A stretch of DNA of 59,547 nucleotides, filler included. It is 4 parts of 4 records of this genome, joined end to end, with 100 filler letters (N's around TTAATTAATTAA, not from the genome) between each part and the next. Parts side by side here need not be neighbours in the genome. Positions count along the whole stretch, not along the records: positions 1 to 23,425 come from DRR723986_9106; 3 more parts are not named here. One strand, given 5' to 3'. The translations under genes were made by a program, and so were the position numbers. Within the stretch, counting starts at the first letter, position 1; every line of letters starts with the position of its first letter. Under the pieces are notes generated by a model. That model searched no databases. It was not told the DNA's origin and worked only from the letters and a program-made list of their open reading frames with translations. Shown here one piece after another: positions 10,301 through 19,300 of this stretch.

Positions 10301-10387
10301 GCAAGCAACCTGCCGATTGGCGTCTACCACTATCGCCTGGCGATGAACGGACGTCAGCTGGTTAAAACGCTGACGGTTGTGCGTTAA
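7352..10387 (+). CDS. Secreted BNR/Asp-box beta-propeller (sialidase-like) protein with FN3-like and beta-sandwich domains and T9SS C-terminal domain
   Basis: Signal peptide; several Asp-box repeats (YTKDGGRTW, YSDDGGESW, SENGGRDW, YSDDGGASW, SSNGGESF); WGDY motif; DGWYID; C-terminal AFPNP...YNTLG...GVYHYRL...KTLTVVR. Confidence 0.85.
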   Translation: MLKRSTMSVLVVLLIALTTSTLWAQMDSREWPVFPYDAEVNYVENPPVVRKHKGMLKYVPPIYPPEAYKYNPTRDRIQMSAAGVEIVNMTPVPLDQTETWIAINPTDNLNAIAGSNDSRFNSSGNYFMVGYYTKDGGRTWSETRLPAVPADLIDDRLPERATNFDPGIDFDSKGRAYYVWGKTQTTSGDLEGDNGIFVSYSDDGGESWAEAIPVTLNEADSRIFDDKFLLTADNREGSEYIDNAYIVWTKFDRNPNSPTTINLARTEGGGDPELWSTAVVPTNGSGGSVQSPIAAIGPNGELYVTWRSQSAFETNAMFNASENGGRDWRWNSAQVAQTVQTTGVRNSESGRFTLVDKQSMRISSAPAIDVDVSGGEYNGRIYIVQGGRVLAQDTDHHILLTYSDDGGASWTDHVEVDDNTTSNDVFMPSIAVDAVTGNIAILYYSSQDSPDNNSGVNAYVAISSNGGESFRRIRLTDETWFIDGSGDVSNQGTGNFYWGDYNSIDYRDGRILPCWWMPAAPNANYRSIDAYTALLSTAPKPVTEESLTNPSETPNIVQLAWTDPVETQLGEPLGPISIVILRRDAGQNGDQSQEIGRVDAGVQSYSDETAVNGLSYIYTIAVEDQAGERSPGVELTVDVGGALQPLAPDFIVGIPNAEGATLRWTNPTERIDGSAFTDFDRVEVLLGEDIIATFNDAAQLILGATVEGNLAADALPLNQFHELRLRTVAKRGEVETNSGLSEMRVVYSGAAIAAGDYNESFENGGSYSFYSNSTWGITDAAAFDGNSSMTDSPDGDYSNVADSRFITPPVMIDASTTSFEFAHIGIIDGTTNDFGFVMVSADYGQSWTFVARAEQSIFPQDWTDDVNTSNWIQDRRSLADFQGQTVMVMFQLVSNGFRQKDGWYIDGLAFNNLPVSVDETDPVAYGLHLSDAFPNPVSGSAAINYAVLRDGEVSLEVYNTLGERVAVLHRGYTAAGTHTAEFDASNLPIGVYHYRLAMNGRQLVKTLTVVR

Positions 10388-10455
10388 GGCCGTAAGAAAC
10401 TGACTTGTTCGCAAAGCCCAGTGCAAATTGGGCATTGAATAAGTCGTCTGAAATT

Positions 10456-10493
10456 GAGCGGCGTTGCCATTACGGCAGCGCCGCTCTTGTTTT
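10456..10493 (+). terminator. Rho-independent terminator
   Basis: GAGCGGCGTTGCC-ATTAC-GGCAGCGCCGCTC stem (one G-U pair) followed by TTGTTTT. Confidence 0.75.
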
Positions 10494-10633
10494 AAACAAC
10501 AAAACACCTTAATTGCATTCTGCAGTTGTAATCAAATGCCTGTGACAGAGTCTTAACACGTGGTTTCATCTTGCAGACAGTCTAAATCCGGACCTTCGGT
10601 CAAACGGACGACTTACACGAAATCGGATAAAGT

Positions 10634-13258
10634 ATGCGCCTGTACGTTTTGATCTTCATGCTGTGCCTTGGCGGCGCGCTTGTTACACCTGCTGCATTTG
10701 CAGGTTCAGAAGACCAGTCTCCGCAAGCCACGGATGAGGCATCCACAAAAGTGGTCAACTGCGCGTACGTTGTGCGTGCCGAACCCTACGGCAGGCCTCC
10801 CAAAGTATACACCTATGAAAAAGACGTTCTGCATGGTCCACCTGTAGTGGATTACGTTATTGCAGGTTATGAGCCTTCAGGTGATCTGCATCTGGATATT
10901 CACCCGCACTTTATACAAACTATGCTGCTGGGCGCCGATAATCTGAGACTGGAGCAATTTCCCCTGACAGTCTATGATTTTGGTGACGTCGAACTGGAAC
11001 GCGTGCGCTCAGTCGCCGACGCCAATACCGTGGTAGAAGTCAACGACGGAACAACAGCTCGCCAGATTCCCATGCCCGCCGTACATGCCTATCGCGGTAA
11101 GATTGCAGATGACGAACACTCGTGGGTTTTTGTGAGCATGGTCAATGGCCGCCTGTATGGCGCCGTGCATCATGGCGACGGTCAGCAGTACATCCTGGCG
11201 CCGGACAAATCTGTTGGTGGCTACGGTGCGCATCGCCTGATGGAAGCGCAAGTGCCGCTGGACCAACAGCTTGGCGCAAATTTTGTGTGTGGCACACAAC
11301 ATCCGCACCATCATGCTGACGGAATCCATGCAATCAAGGGCAAACAGGATCAGCTGCTCGACGATGATGAACTACTCGAAATCGAAGTAGCCGTCGAGTG
11401 TGATGCCTCAGTCTATGAGATGATGGATCAGGATCTGGACCGTCAGATTGAATACGTCAGTTCGATGTATGCCATGATCAGCAACATCTATGAGACCGAA
11501 GTCAATATCACTCTATACCTTAAACAATTGTACATCTGGACTTCGGCCACCGATGCCGATCCGTATCGCGATGATGATGACATCTTTGCCATGCTGGAAG
11601 AAGTGCGCGGCTACTGGCGTTCGGAACGCTCAAATGTTTCGCGCGATCTGGTTCAAATGATAACCGTTAATCGCAGCGGCAGCGTCGGCGGAGTCGCTTA
11701 TCCCGGTACTGCAGGTGACGGGACCGTCTGCGACAGAAGTTTTGGCTACAGCGTAATCGGAATCTACGGTACCTTTAACTATCCCACACCGGCCTACACC
11801 TGGGATGCCGTTTCAGCGGCGCACGAGCTGGGGCATAACTTCAGCTCACCGCATTCACATTCCTGTTTTTGGGGTACGCCGCTCGACACTTGCGTGGTTG
11901 TCAACTCCGGCCTGGACCGCAATGCGCAGTGTGTTGGTACCCGGGCCCAGCGTGCCGAAGGCTCAATCATGAGCTATTGTCATCTGCTGAACGGCACGGT
12001 CCGCGTGCAGTTTCGGGATCAGGTGGCCGGTCTGATTCGCGTCAGTGTCGAGAAGAATAAGTCCGACTGCGTGGCCGCGCCGCGTCAGCCACAGATTAAC
12101 ATTCTGGCACCGCTTGGTGACGGCACTGAATTCCCGCTGGGGCAGGACTTGCCAATCAGCTGGACCTCACATCGCGTCTCGACGCTACGGATTCTCTACT
12201 CAGTGGATTTAGGCGTCAATTGGACCGAAATTGCGACTGAAGTAGCGGCGTCCGACCGTTCGTTTATCTGGAACGTACCGACGTCGATTGGTGCGCAGGC
12301 AGATGTAATCGTGCGCGTAGAGGACATCAACGACGCCACTGTTTTTGACCAAACCTGGGGCACTTTTGGGCTCAAGGTTCCCCGTATCACAATCCAGACG
12401 CCCAACGGCAGCGAAACCCTGGTGGTTGGAGAACCAACGGAGCTGCGCTGGGTGCGTGACGCCGTCACTGCGGTTGACGTTCACGTGCGGGCTGAAGGCA
12501 GCAGCGACTGGATTGAAGTCGATCAAAACCTGGACGCTGACGCAACAGAGTGGACTCCATCGGAGCAATGGGGTGGGCAGTCTGTGCGCATTCGTGTAAG
12601 TGCCACGGGACTAACAGAAAAAATTCAAGATATATCTGAGCAAAGCTACCGTGTAGAAATTGCCGGGCTCGTAATTTTGGAGCCACAGGCAGGTGATGAG
12701 CTGATGATTGGAACGCAGTTTGAAATAAAGTGGCAGGCCGAGTTCGTCGATCGCGTCCGTATTCAGTACGTGGACAGCACCGACACCTTAATTCTGCATC
12801 CCACGCTGAGTGCGCTGAACGGTGTGTTTAACTGGGATATCGACGCGCAGCGCTTTAAGGCAAGCGATAAGGCCTACATACGACTGCTGGGGCTGCGCAG
12901 CGGGGAAAATCTGGAAGTTCTGGCCGGTCCATTAAAAATAGTTACTAATGATCCTGTGTTGAGCGTTGACCCGGAAACACTCGCTTTGGAACGTGGTTTT
13001 GCGATCCAATCACTTGCGCCAAATCCTGCCACAGACGTGCTAAGTGTGCGAATTGACGTGCGCCGTGCACTTGCCTCACTACAGATTATACTGGTTGACT
13101 TGCGCGGAAAACGCCTGCTGAATCACAGGGTTAAGCGCCCCGGATTGGGTGAAATTGTACATCAGATAAACTGCGCGGAACTGGCCGCTGGTTCGTATTC
13201 ACTACTAGTCTTATCTGAGTTTGGTCAGACGGAAATGCCGTTTATTGTGCGGCGCTAG
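10634..13258 (+). CDS. Secreted M12B/reprolysin-like zinc metalloprotease with Ig-like repeats and T9SS C-terminal domain
   Basis: Signal peptide; prodomain with FVCG cysteine-switch-like motif; metzincin motif HELGHNFSSPH; Met-turn SIMSY; three Ig-like repeats; C-terminal APNPA...GSYSL. Confidence 0.88.
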   Translation: MRLYVLIFMLCLGGALVTPAAFAGSEDQSPQATDEASTKVVNCAYVVRAEPYGRPPKVYTYEKDVLHGPPVVDYVIAGYEPSGDLHLDIHPHFIQTMLLGADNLRLEQFPLTVYDFGDVELERVRSVADANTVVEVNDGTTARQIPMPAVHAYRGKIADDEHSWVFVSMVNGRLYGAVHHGDGQQYILAPDKSVGGYGAHRLMEAQVPLDQQLGANFVCGTQHPHHHADGIHAIKGKQDQLLDDDELLEIEVAVECDASVYEMMDQDLDRQIEYVSSMYAMISNIYETEVNITLYLKQLYIWTSATDADPYRDDDDIFAMLEEVRGYWRSERSNVSRDLVQMITVNRSGSVGGVAYPGTAGDGTVCDRSFGYSVIGIYGTFNYPTPAYTWDAVSAAHELGHNFSSPHSHSCFWGTPLDTCVVVNSGLDRNAQCVGTRAQRAEGSIMSYCHLLNGTVRVQFRDQVAGLIRVSVEKNKSDCVAAPRQPQINILAPLGDGTEFPLGQDLPISWTSHRVSTLRILYSVDLGVNWTEIATEVAASDRSFIWNVPTSIGAQADVIVRVEDINDATVFDQTWGTFGLKVPRITIQTPNGSETLVVGEPTELRWVRDAVTAVDVHVRAEGSSDWIEVDQNLDADATEWTPSEQWGGQSVRIRVSATGLTEKIQDISEQSYRVEIAGLVILEPQAGDELMIGTQFEIKWQAEFVDRVRIQYVDSTDTLILHPTLSALNGVFNWDIDAQRFKASDKAYIRLLGLRSGENLEVLAGPLKIVTNDPVLSVDPETLALERGFAIQSLAPNPATDVLSVRIDVRRALASLQIILVDLRGKRLLNHRVKRPGLGEIVHQINCAELAAGSYSLLVLSEFGQTEMPFIVRR

Positions 13259-13486
13259 AACATTGGGCGTGCCGGTTTAACAAAGGCCATCTTGTTAGTA
13301 CATGTGTTTCACTTTAGGAATATTTGTGCCCTGGAGTCTTTTTGGCAGCGAACCAGGGGCAATTGAGTGGGGGAGAGTTGCCCGTTGTTTGGGGCAATTT
13401 TGCTATTTTTGCGCCAATGGTGTTCTGGCAGCGCGTGTGAGGATACAAATTTGACATTTGAAGGTAGTCCGCAAAATCAAGCGGAC

Positions 13487-14452
13487 ATGGTCGATGTGAT
13501 CATCGTTGGTGGAGGCCCAAGCGGGCTTGCCTGTGGAATTGAAGCCCAGGCAGGAGGGCTTTCAAGCGTGATATTGGAAAAAGGCGGGGTCACGGACTCC
13601 ATCCGTCGCTTCCCGCGCAATATGACATTTTTTTCGACACCTGAACTATTAGAATTGGGTGGTCTGCCATTTTCTTGTGTTGCGACACGCCCAAATCGTA
13701 ACGAAGTCCTTGTATATTACCGTCGCGTCTGTGAATACTTCAATCTGAACATGCAGCTGCATTGTGCAGTAACGCGAATCCGGCGCGTAGATGCGCATTT
13801 TGAAGTGGACACGCAAGGCGGAACTTTGCATAGTCGGAATGTGGTCGTAGCTACCGGCTATTTTGATCAGACAAATATGCTCGGTGTTCCCGGCGAAGAT
13901 CTGGAACACGTCCGTGCATATTATGATGAGCCCTATGAATATTCACATTCGCGGGTGTGTGTTATTGGTGGGCGCAATTCGGCTGTAGAAACTGCTCTGG
14001 AGCTGTACCGTAATGGTGCGGAAGTCGATTTGGTGCACCGTAGAGCCGACCTGGGTTCTTCGGTGAAATATTGGGTTATGCCCGATATTCGCAATCGAAT
14101 TGACAAAGGCGAGATTCGAGCGCATTTTAACTCAGTTGTACAGGAGATTCGCGAGAGCGAAGTAATCTTGCGCAATACACTTGACGGCAGCATCAAACAC
14201 GTCGCCGCTGACTTTGTGGTTAAACACATAGGGCATCGGCCTGATGAGAACTTGCTGCGCGGCAGTGGAATAGAAGTTGACGATGTGACTCTGGTCCCGA
14301 ATTTTGATGGACAAACCTTTGAAACCAACGTTCCGGGTTTGTTTGTTGCCGGCTCAGTAGTCTGCGGATGTGAGACCTGGAATATATTTATCGAAAACGG
14401 GCGCAAACACGCCCGGCCGATCATTGCACGAATAGTTGCAGATTCAAAATGA
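13487..14452 (+). CDS. ypdA: YpdA-family putative bacillithiol disulfide reductase
   Basis: FAD motif GGGPSG, MTFFST, ATGYFD, NADPH motif GGRNSA, VKYWV and IFIENGR. Start reassigned to ATG 13487. Confidence 0.85.
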   Translation: MVDVIIVGGGPSGLACGIEAQAGGLSSVILEKGGVTDSIRRFPRNMTFFSTPELLELGGLPFSCVATRPNRNEVLVYYRRVCEYFNLNMQLHCAVTRIRRVDAHFEVDTQGGTLHSRNVVVATGYFDQTNMLGVPGEDLEHVRAYYDEPYEYSHSRVCVIGGRNSAVETALELYRNGAEVDLVHRRADLGSSVKYWVMPDIRNRIDKGEIRAHFNSVVQEIRESEVILRNTLDGSIKHVAADFVVKHIGHRPDENLLRGSGIEVDDVTLVPNFDGQTFETNVPGLFVAGSVVCGCETWNIFIENGRKHARPIIARIVADSK

Positions 14453-17400
14453 ACAATAACACTGGCTGTGGTACTCGGGGAAAACGCGCGCGTTTTAGTG
14501 CCTGCGTATTCTCGATAATCATCGGACTGGTTCTGGGGAGCAGTTTTGCTCCACCTGCGTCGGGCCAAAGCTATCGCTTCCGCACATTTGGTGTGGAAGA
14601 AGGGCTGCCCAGCATGACAGCCTCGGTGATTTTGAGTGATGACCTTGGAGTGCTCTGGATTGGGACCAACAACGGCCTGGCGCGTTATGATGGTCGCGAT
14701 ATCCAGTCGATTTCGCTGCGCAATGCTCCCGAAGCCAACAGCATCAAAAGTGGGATGATCGATGCCAAAGGCGCGCTGTGGTTTGGTTATGATAACGGCA
14801 CAATCGGTCGTGTAGCCGATGGTGTTTACTCTGCGCTTAATTTGGACAGCCTTGTTGAGAATGAGATTATTCGCTCCATGTTCCAGTCTTCCGGCGGCGA
14901 ATATTGGTTCGGTACTCTGGGTAGCGGCATGTTGCGCCTGGAGGGCCAAGGCGCTGAGATGTTTAGCTCGACGGACGGAATGTGTAGCGACGGCATTTTT
15001 GCCATCCTGCAAACATCTTCGGGCCAGCTCTGGTTGGGCACCGAAAAAGGCATCTGCATCTGCGAAGTTAAAGTCCTGGATGGCAAACGCCGCTTTGAGA
15101 CGCGCATTCTTGACAAAAGCCTCGGCATGCCCACCGATTTGATTCGTTGCATGCTGGAAGCCGAAGACGGTTCAATCTGGATAGGGACAATGGATCGCGG
15201 AATAGTACGCATTCCGCAGCCGCCCAAAAAACTGGACTTTAACAATGTTGAGATACAGGTTTTTGACACCACTGATGGCCTGGGCCACAATTTTGTCTAC
15301 ACGCTCTACGGTGACCGCAAGGGGCGTATCTGGGCCGGAACTTTTGGTGGCGGTGTTTCGCGCTCGCGCATCGACGGTGAATTTGCCGACAGTAAGTTTG
15401 TGACCTTTGACAAGGCAAACGGCCTGGCAGAAGATCACGTCCTCTCCATAGCTGAAGACCGCGAAGGCAACATGTGGTTTGGCACACAGGGCGGTGGACT
15501 TTCACGGCTCAACTCCGAAGCATTCAGCGTTTATTCAACCGATGAAGATTTGCCGAGCAACAAGGTCTTGAGCATTCAGGTTGATCAGCGCGGCCACTAT
15601 TGGTTTGGCACGGAAGACGGCCTCTCTGAAGTTGCTCCAAGTGAAGATGGCAATGAGCGCAAACTAATCAACCACTACTCCAAAGATGACGGTCTTTCAA
15701 ACAACGCTGTGCTTTCGATATACGAAGATGCCAACGGCATTCTGTGGATTGGGACGCGTGGTGAAGGTGTTAACCGCCTGGACCCCAAAAATGCCTCGAT
15801 GCAGTTAATTACCGATCCGAATGGTTCACTTTCGAACGTACTTTCAATAACAGCCGATAACGACGGAAACTTGTGGTTTGGGACCGGCGGACGTGGCGTT
15901 TGCCGCTATGATGCGCAGACGAAGGGTATTACAACCTTTTCCAAAAAGGATGGCCTGGCCAGTAATGCAATTACCGATGTGTTTAAGGACTCGCATGGTG
16001 ACATGTGGTTTGGCACCTTGGACGCCGGCGTAATGCGCATGCGCGGTGAGGACATTCAGACGTTTGGAACGGCGCAGGGATTCACAACCAAGCCTATTCG
16101 CTCGATTACTGAAGACTTAATCGGTCGTCTCTGGTTTGGCAGTGAGGGTGACGGATTGTTCATGTACAATCATAAAGAGTTTAAGCGATTTGCTGCGCTG
16201 GACGGCCTCTCTTCAAACAATTTACGCGCCGTAATTTATGACAGCGTGCAGAACTCTGTCTGGGCTTCAACAGAAGATGGCCTGGACCGCTATTCTCTGG
16301 ATGACGAAGAGTGGTTCTTTTATGGTCCCGGCAGTGGTTTCTTTGGCATGGAAACTGTTAACAATGCGATTTTCAGTCAAAAGAATGGAGACATCTGGTT
16401 TGGCACGGTTGGCGGCGCGGTGCATTATCAATCGTCGCTCGACTTTGACAACAATGTGATTCCTACGATTAACATTTCGGGGATCAAAGTCTTTTTCCAG
16501 GACACGACCTTGCCACAGGGAGCTGCGCTGGATTATTCTGACAACTTCGTGACCTTTGATTTTGAAGGCGTTAGTTTAAGTCAGCCCAACAACCTGGAGT
16601 ATCAGTACCGCCTTGAGGGCGGGCAGGAAGGTGACTGGTCGGTCGTAACAGGCAAACGCACGATTACATATCCGGATCTGCCGCCGGGACAGTACAACTT
16701 CCTGGTGCGTGCGCGCATTATTGGGCGCGACTGGAGTGCACCGGCTTCGCATGTCTTTGAAATTCTGCCGCCTTTCTGGCAGAAACCGCTCTTCATTGCC
16801 GCGTCGATTGTGACGAGCGGCCTCCTGATTTTTCTGTTGGCGGCCGCGAGGGTGCGCCGTGAACAACAGCGCAATCAGCAGTTGGAAACCAGCGTAGCTG
16901 AGAGAACGCGGGCGCTGCACGAACAGAAAGAATACCTGCGGCACGAGAAAGAAAAAATAGAGCGCATGAATGTGGATTTGGAGCGCGCCAAACGCGAAGC
17001 CGAAGAGGCCAGCCGCGCCAAGTCCGAATTCCTGGCGAACGTAACCCACGAGCTGCGCACGCCGATGAACTCCATCATTGGATTCACGCGCCGTCTGATT
17101 CGGCGGGCGGGCAAAGAATTTAGCGATACAAGTAAGATGTCGCTGGAGACCGTTTATCAGAACAGCCACAGGCTGCTGCAGATGATCAATGAGATTCTGG
17201 ACTATTCATCGATTGAAAGCGGTCATATTAAGTTCACGATCCAAAAGTGTGATCCAATCAAGGTTTGCGGTGATGTGCTGCACGAGTGGACGCCCATGGC
17301 CGAAGAACATGGAATTCCATTGATTATTTGTGAAGAGGATGCACATCCAATCTTGTGTGACGAAGAGCGCCTGCGCCAGGTACTACACAATATTGTTGGC

Positions 17401-17874
17401 AATGCGGTCAAGTTTACGCAGGAAGGTAGCGTGGAAGTCACATTCCGCACGGTGCGCGAAAACGACATGCCCTACCTGGGAATTGCCGTGCGCGATTCAG
17501 GTCCGGGTATTGCACCAGACAAGCTGGTCGTGATATTTGGTGAATTTGAGCAGGCCAATCCACGCCACGATCAGCTGAAAGGCGGAATCGGCCTTGGGCT
17601 GGCAATCGCTAAACGCCTCAGCCGCGGTATGCAGGGTGATATTCGCGTAGAATCAACCCTTGGGCATGGTTCCACGTTTGAAGTGCTGATGCCCCTGGCC
17701 GTCAGTGACAGCAGCACAGCCGCTGGTGATGACAGTACAGCAGATGCCGCCGGCACGCAAGACCCTGCGGGAAGGAGTACATCCACAGGAAAAAATTCCG
17801 GTTCGGATGGAATTGCAATTAGCAGCAACGGGCGAACGGCTAATGGGCAGACAGTGGCCGTTCCTAAATCGTGA
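14449..17874 (+). CDS. Sensor histidine kinase with Reg_prop beta-propeller repeats, Y_Y_Y domain, TM helix, HisKA and HATPase
   Basis: Many D..G.(L/M)W.GT..G repeats; YPDLPPGQYNFLVRA; PPFW followed by a TM helix; FLANVTHELRTPMN; NAVKFT; DSGPGI; GIGLGL. ATGA overlap with ypdA. Confidence 0.92.
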   Translation: MNNNTGCGTRGKRARFSACVFSIIIGLVLGSSFAPPASGQSYRFRTFGVEEGLPSMTASVILSDDLGVLWIGTNNGLARYDGRDIQSISLRNAPEANSIKSGMIDAKGALWFGYDNGTIGRVADGVYSALNLDSLVENEIIRSMFQSSGGEYWFGTLGSGMLRLEGQGAEMFSSTDGMCSDGIFAILQTSSGQLWLGTEKGICICEVKVLDGKRRFETRILDKSLGMPTDLIRCMLEAEDGSIWIGTMDRGIVRIPQPPKKLDFNNVEIQVFDTTDGLGHNFVYTLYGDRKGRIWAGTFGGGVSRSRIDGEFADSKFVTFDKANGLAEDHVLSIAEDREGNMWFGTQGGGLSRLNSEAFSVYSTDEDLPSNKVLSIQVDQRGHYWFGTEDGLSEVAPSEDGNERKLINHYSKDDGLSNNAVLSIYEDANGILWIGTRGEGVNRLDPKNASMQLITDPNGSLSNVLSITADNDGNLWFGTGGRGVCRYDAQTKGITTFSKKDGLASNAITDVFKDSHGDMWFGTLDAGVMRMRGEDIQTFGTAQGFTTKPIRSITEDLIGRLWFGSEGDGLFMYNHKEFKRFAALDGLSSNNLRAVIYDSVQNSVWASTEDGLDRYSLDDEEWFFYGPGSGFFGMETVNNAIFSQKNGDIWFGTVGGAVHYQSSLDFDNNVIPTINISGIKVFFQDTTLPQGAALDYSDNFVTFDFEGVSLSQPNNLEYQYRLEGGQEGDWSVVTGKRTITYPDLPPGQYNFLVRARIIGRDWSAPASHVFEILPPFWQKPLFIAASIVTSGLLIFLLAAARVRREQQRNQQLETSVAERTRALHEQKEYLRHEKEKIERMNVDLERAKREAEEASRAKSEFLANVTHELRTPMNSIIGFTRRLIRRAGKEFSDTSKMSLETVYQNSHRLLQMINEILDYSSIESGHIKFTIQKCDPIKVCGDVLHEWTPMAEEHGIPLIICEEDAHPILCDEERLRQVLHNIVGNAVKFTQEGSVEVTFRTVRENDMPYLGIAVRDSGPGIAPDKLVVIFGEFEQANPRHDQLKGGIGLGLAIAKRLSRGMQGDIRVESTLGHGSTFEVLMPLAVSDSSTAAGDDSTADAAGTQDPAGRSTSTGKNSGSDGIAISSNGRTANGQTVAVPKS

Positions 17875-17977
17875 GCGGAACCCAGAATTGGACCAACGCG
17901 TATCGCGGCATATATTGCGGCGGTTTGTAAGCCACACGTGTGTGATGTAACGCCATTTATTCTCCTTAGGAGGAGCC

Positions 17978-19153
17978 ATGCGCTCTGGACCATTACGACT
18001 TCTGATCATTGATGATTTACCGGATAACCGCAAACTACTGCGTCTGGACCTGGAAGATGAAATCGAAGATATTACCGTGGACGAAGCCAGCCTGGGGCAG
18101 GATGGACTGGACCTTCTGCGCGAGAATGACTACACCATGGTTATTTGTGATATTCTGATGCCCGAGATGGACGGCTATGAGGTTTTGCAGAGCGCACGTA
18201 CTATCGACCGTGCCAAGGACACTCCTTTTCTGTTTCTTTCCGCACTGCGCCAATCGGACTCCATCAAAAAAGGTTTGCAGCTGGGCGCCGTTGATTACCT
18301 TGTGAAGCCATATGACGTAGATGAATTGATCTACAAGATTCGCAATCTGGCTAACATGAAGCTCCTGCAGGAAGACTTGCTGCGTTCGCAGAAAGAACTG
18401 TTGGATGCCAATAAGCGCCTGGAGCAGTTAAACGACGAGAAAAACCGCGTCCTGCAGATTGTCAGTCACGATTTGCGCAGTCCGCTCGCAGGCATCAAAG
18501 GCCTGGCCAAAATTCTGCATACTGAGTCCGACGCACGCGATGAAGAAACGGTTCGCGATTTTGCAAAATCGATTTTCGACACCGTTGAGAATCTTAACAA
18601 ACTCGTCAATGATCTACTTAACATCACGCGCATTGAGTCTACGAATAACGTCTCGCTCAACCTGGGGCGCATTGACTTGTCGGTTGTAATCTCAAAAATT
18701 ATCGGGACGTTTAGTCAGCTGGCTGAGCACAAGTCAATCACTCTGAATGCTTCAGGCCCCGCGACGCTGGATATCTTTGCCGACGAACCAAAGTTGGTTC
18801 AGGTTATTAACAATTTGGTGTCAAATTCAATTAAGTTCACCACGGAAGGTGGCCGTATTGATATCGAGTTTGCTGCCGATGTTCCCGCCAATACCGTCAG
18901 TATCCAGATTCGTGACACCGGCATCGGAATTCCCGACAAGTACAAATCCGATTTGTTTAAGAAGTTTGGTGAACATCAGCGCTTTGGTACTGATGGCGAG
19001 AAGGGTGTTGGGCTTGGTTTGCCGATTGTGAAAGCATTTGTAGAACTGCATGGTGGCCATCTCAGTATTCAGAGTCAGGAAGACGAGGGCACTTCAGTAA
19101 CGGTGACTTTGCCAATGGATAACTCCACTCGTATTTTGTCGAACGCCGGCTAG
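17978..19153 (+). CDS. Hybrid receiver-histidine kinase (REC-HisKA-HATPase)
   Basis: Receiver motifs IIDD, CDILMP and KPY; kinase motifs SHDLRSPL, NSIKFT, DTGIGI and GVGLGL; AGGAG RBS. Confidence 0.92.
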   Translation: MRSGPLRLLIIDDLPDNRKLLRLDLEDEIEDITVDEASLGQDGLDLLRENDYTMVICDILMPEMDGYEVLQSARTIDRAKDTPFLFLSALRQSDSIKKGLQLGAVDYLVKPYDVDELIYKIRNLANMKLLQEDLLRSQKELLDANKRLEQLNDEKNRVLQIVSHDLRSPLAGIKGLAKILHTESDARDEETVRDFAKSIFDTVENLNKLVNDLLNITRIESTNNVSLNLGRIDLSVVISKIIGTFSQLAEHKSITLNASGPATLDIFADEPKLVQVINNLVSNSIKFTTEGGRIDIEFAADVPANTVSIQIRDTGIGIPDKYKSDLFKKFGEHQRFGTDGEKGVGLGLPIVKAFVELHGGHLSIQSQEDEGTSVTVTLPMDNSTRILSNAG

Positions 19154-19300
19154 ATGTTTGTGCGTGGCCGTGATGCGGCTCGCATTGTTCAAGTGCTCCT
19201 GGATTATACTCGTTCCGGCGACTCTCATAGTATTCAAGCCTGAGCAGCAGTGACAAACAAGATGGTTTTGCTTAAACGGCTGTTTTTGGGGAGAGTTGAG

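Noticed and set aside
13933..15012. 359-aa minus-strand ORF
   Set aside because: Antisense to ypdA and the sensor kinase; no recognisable motifs.
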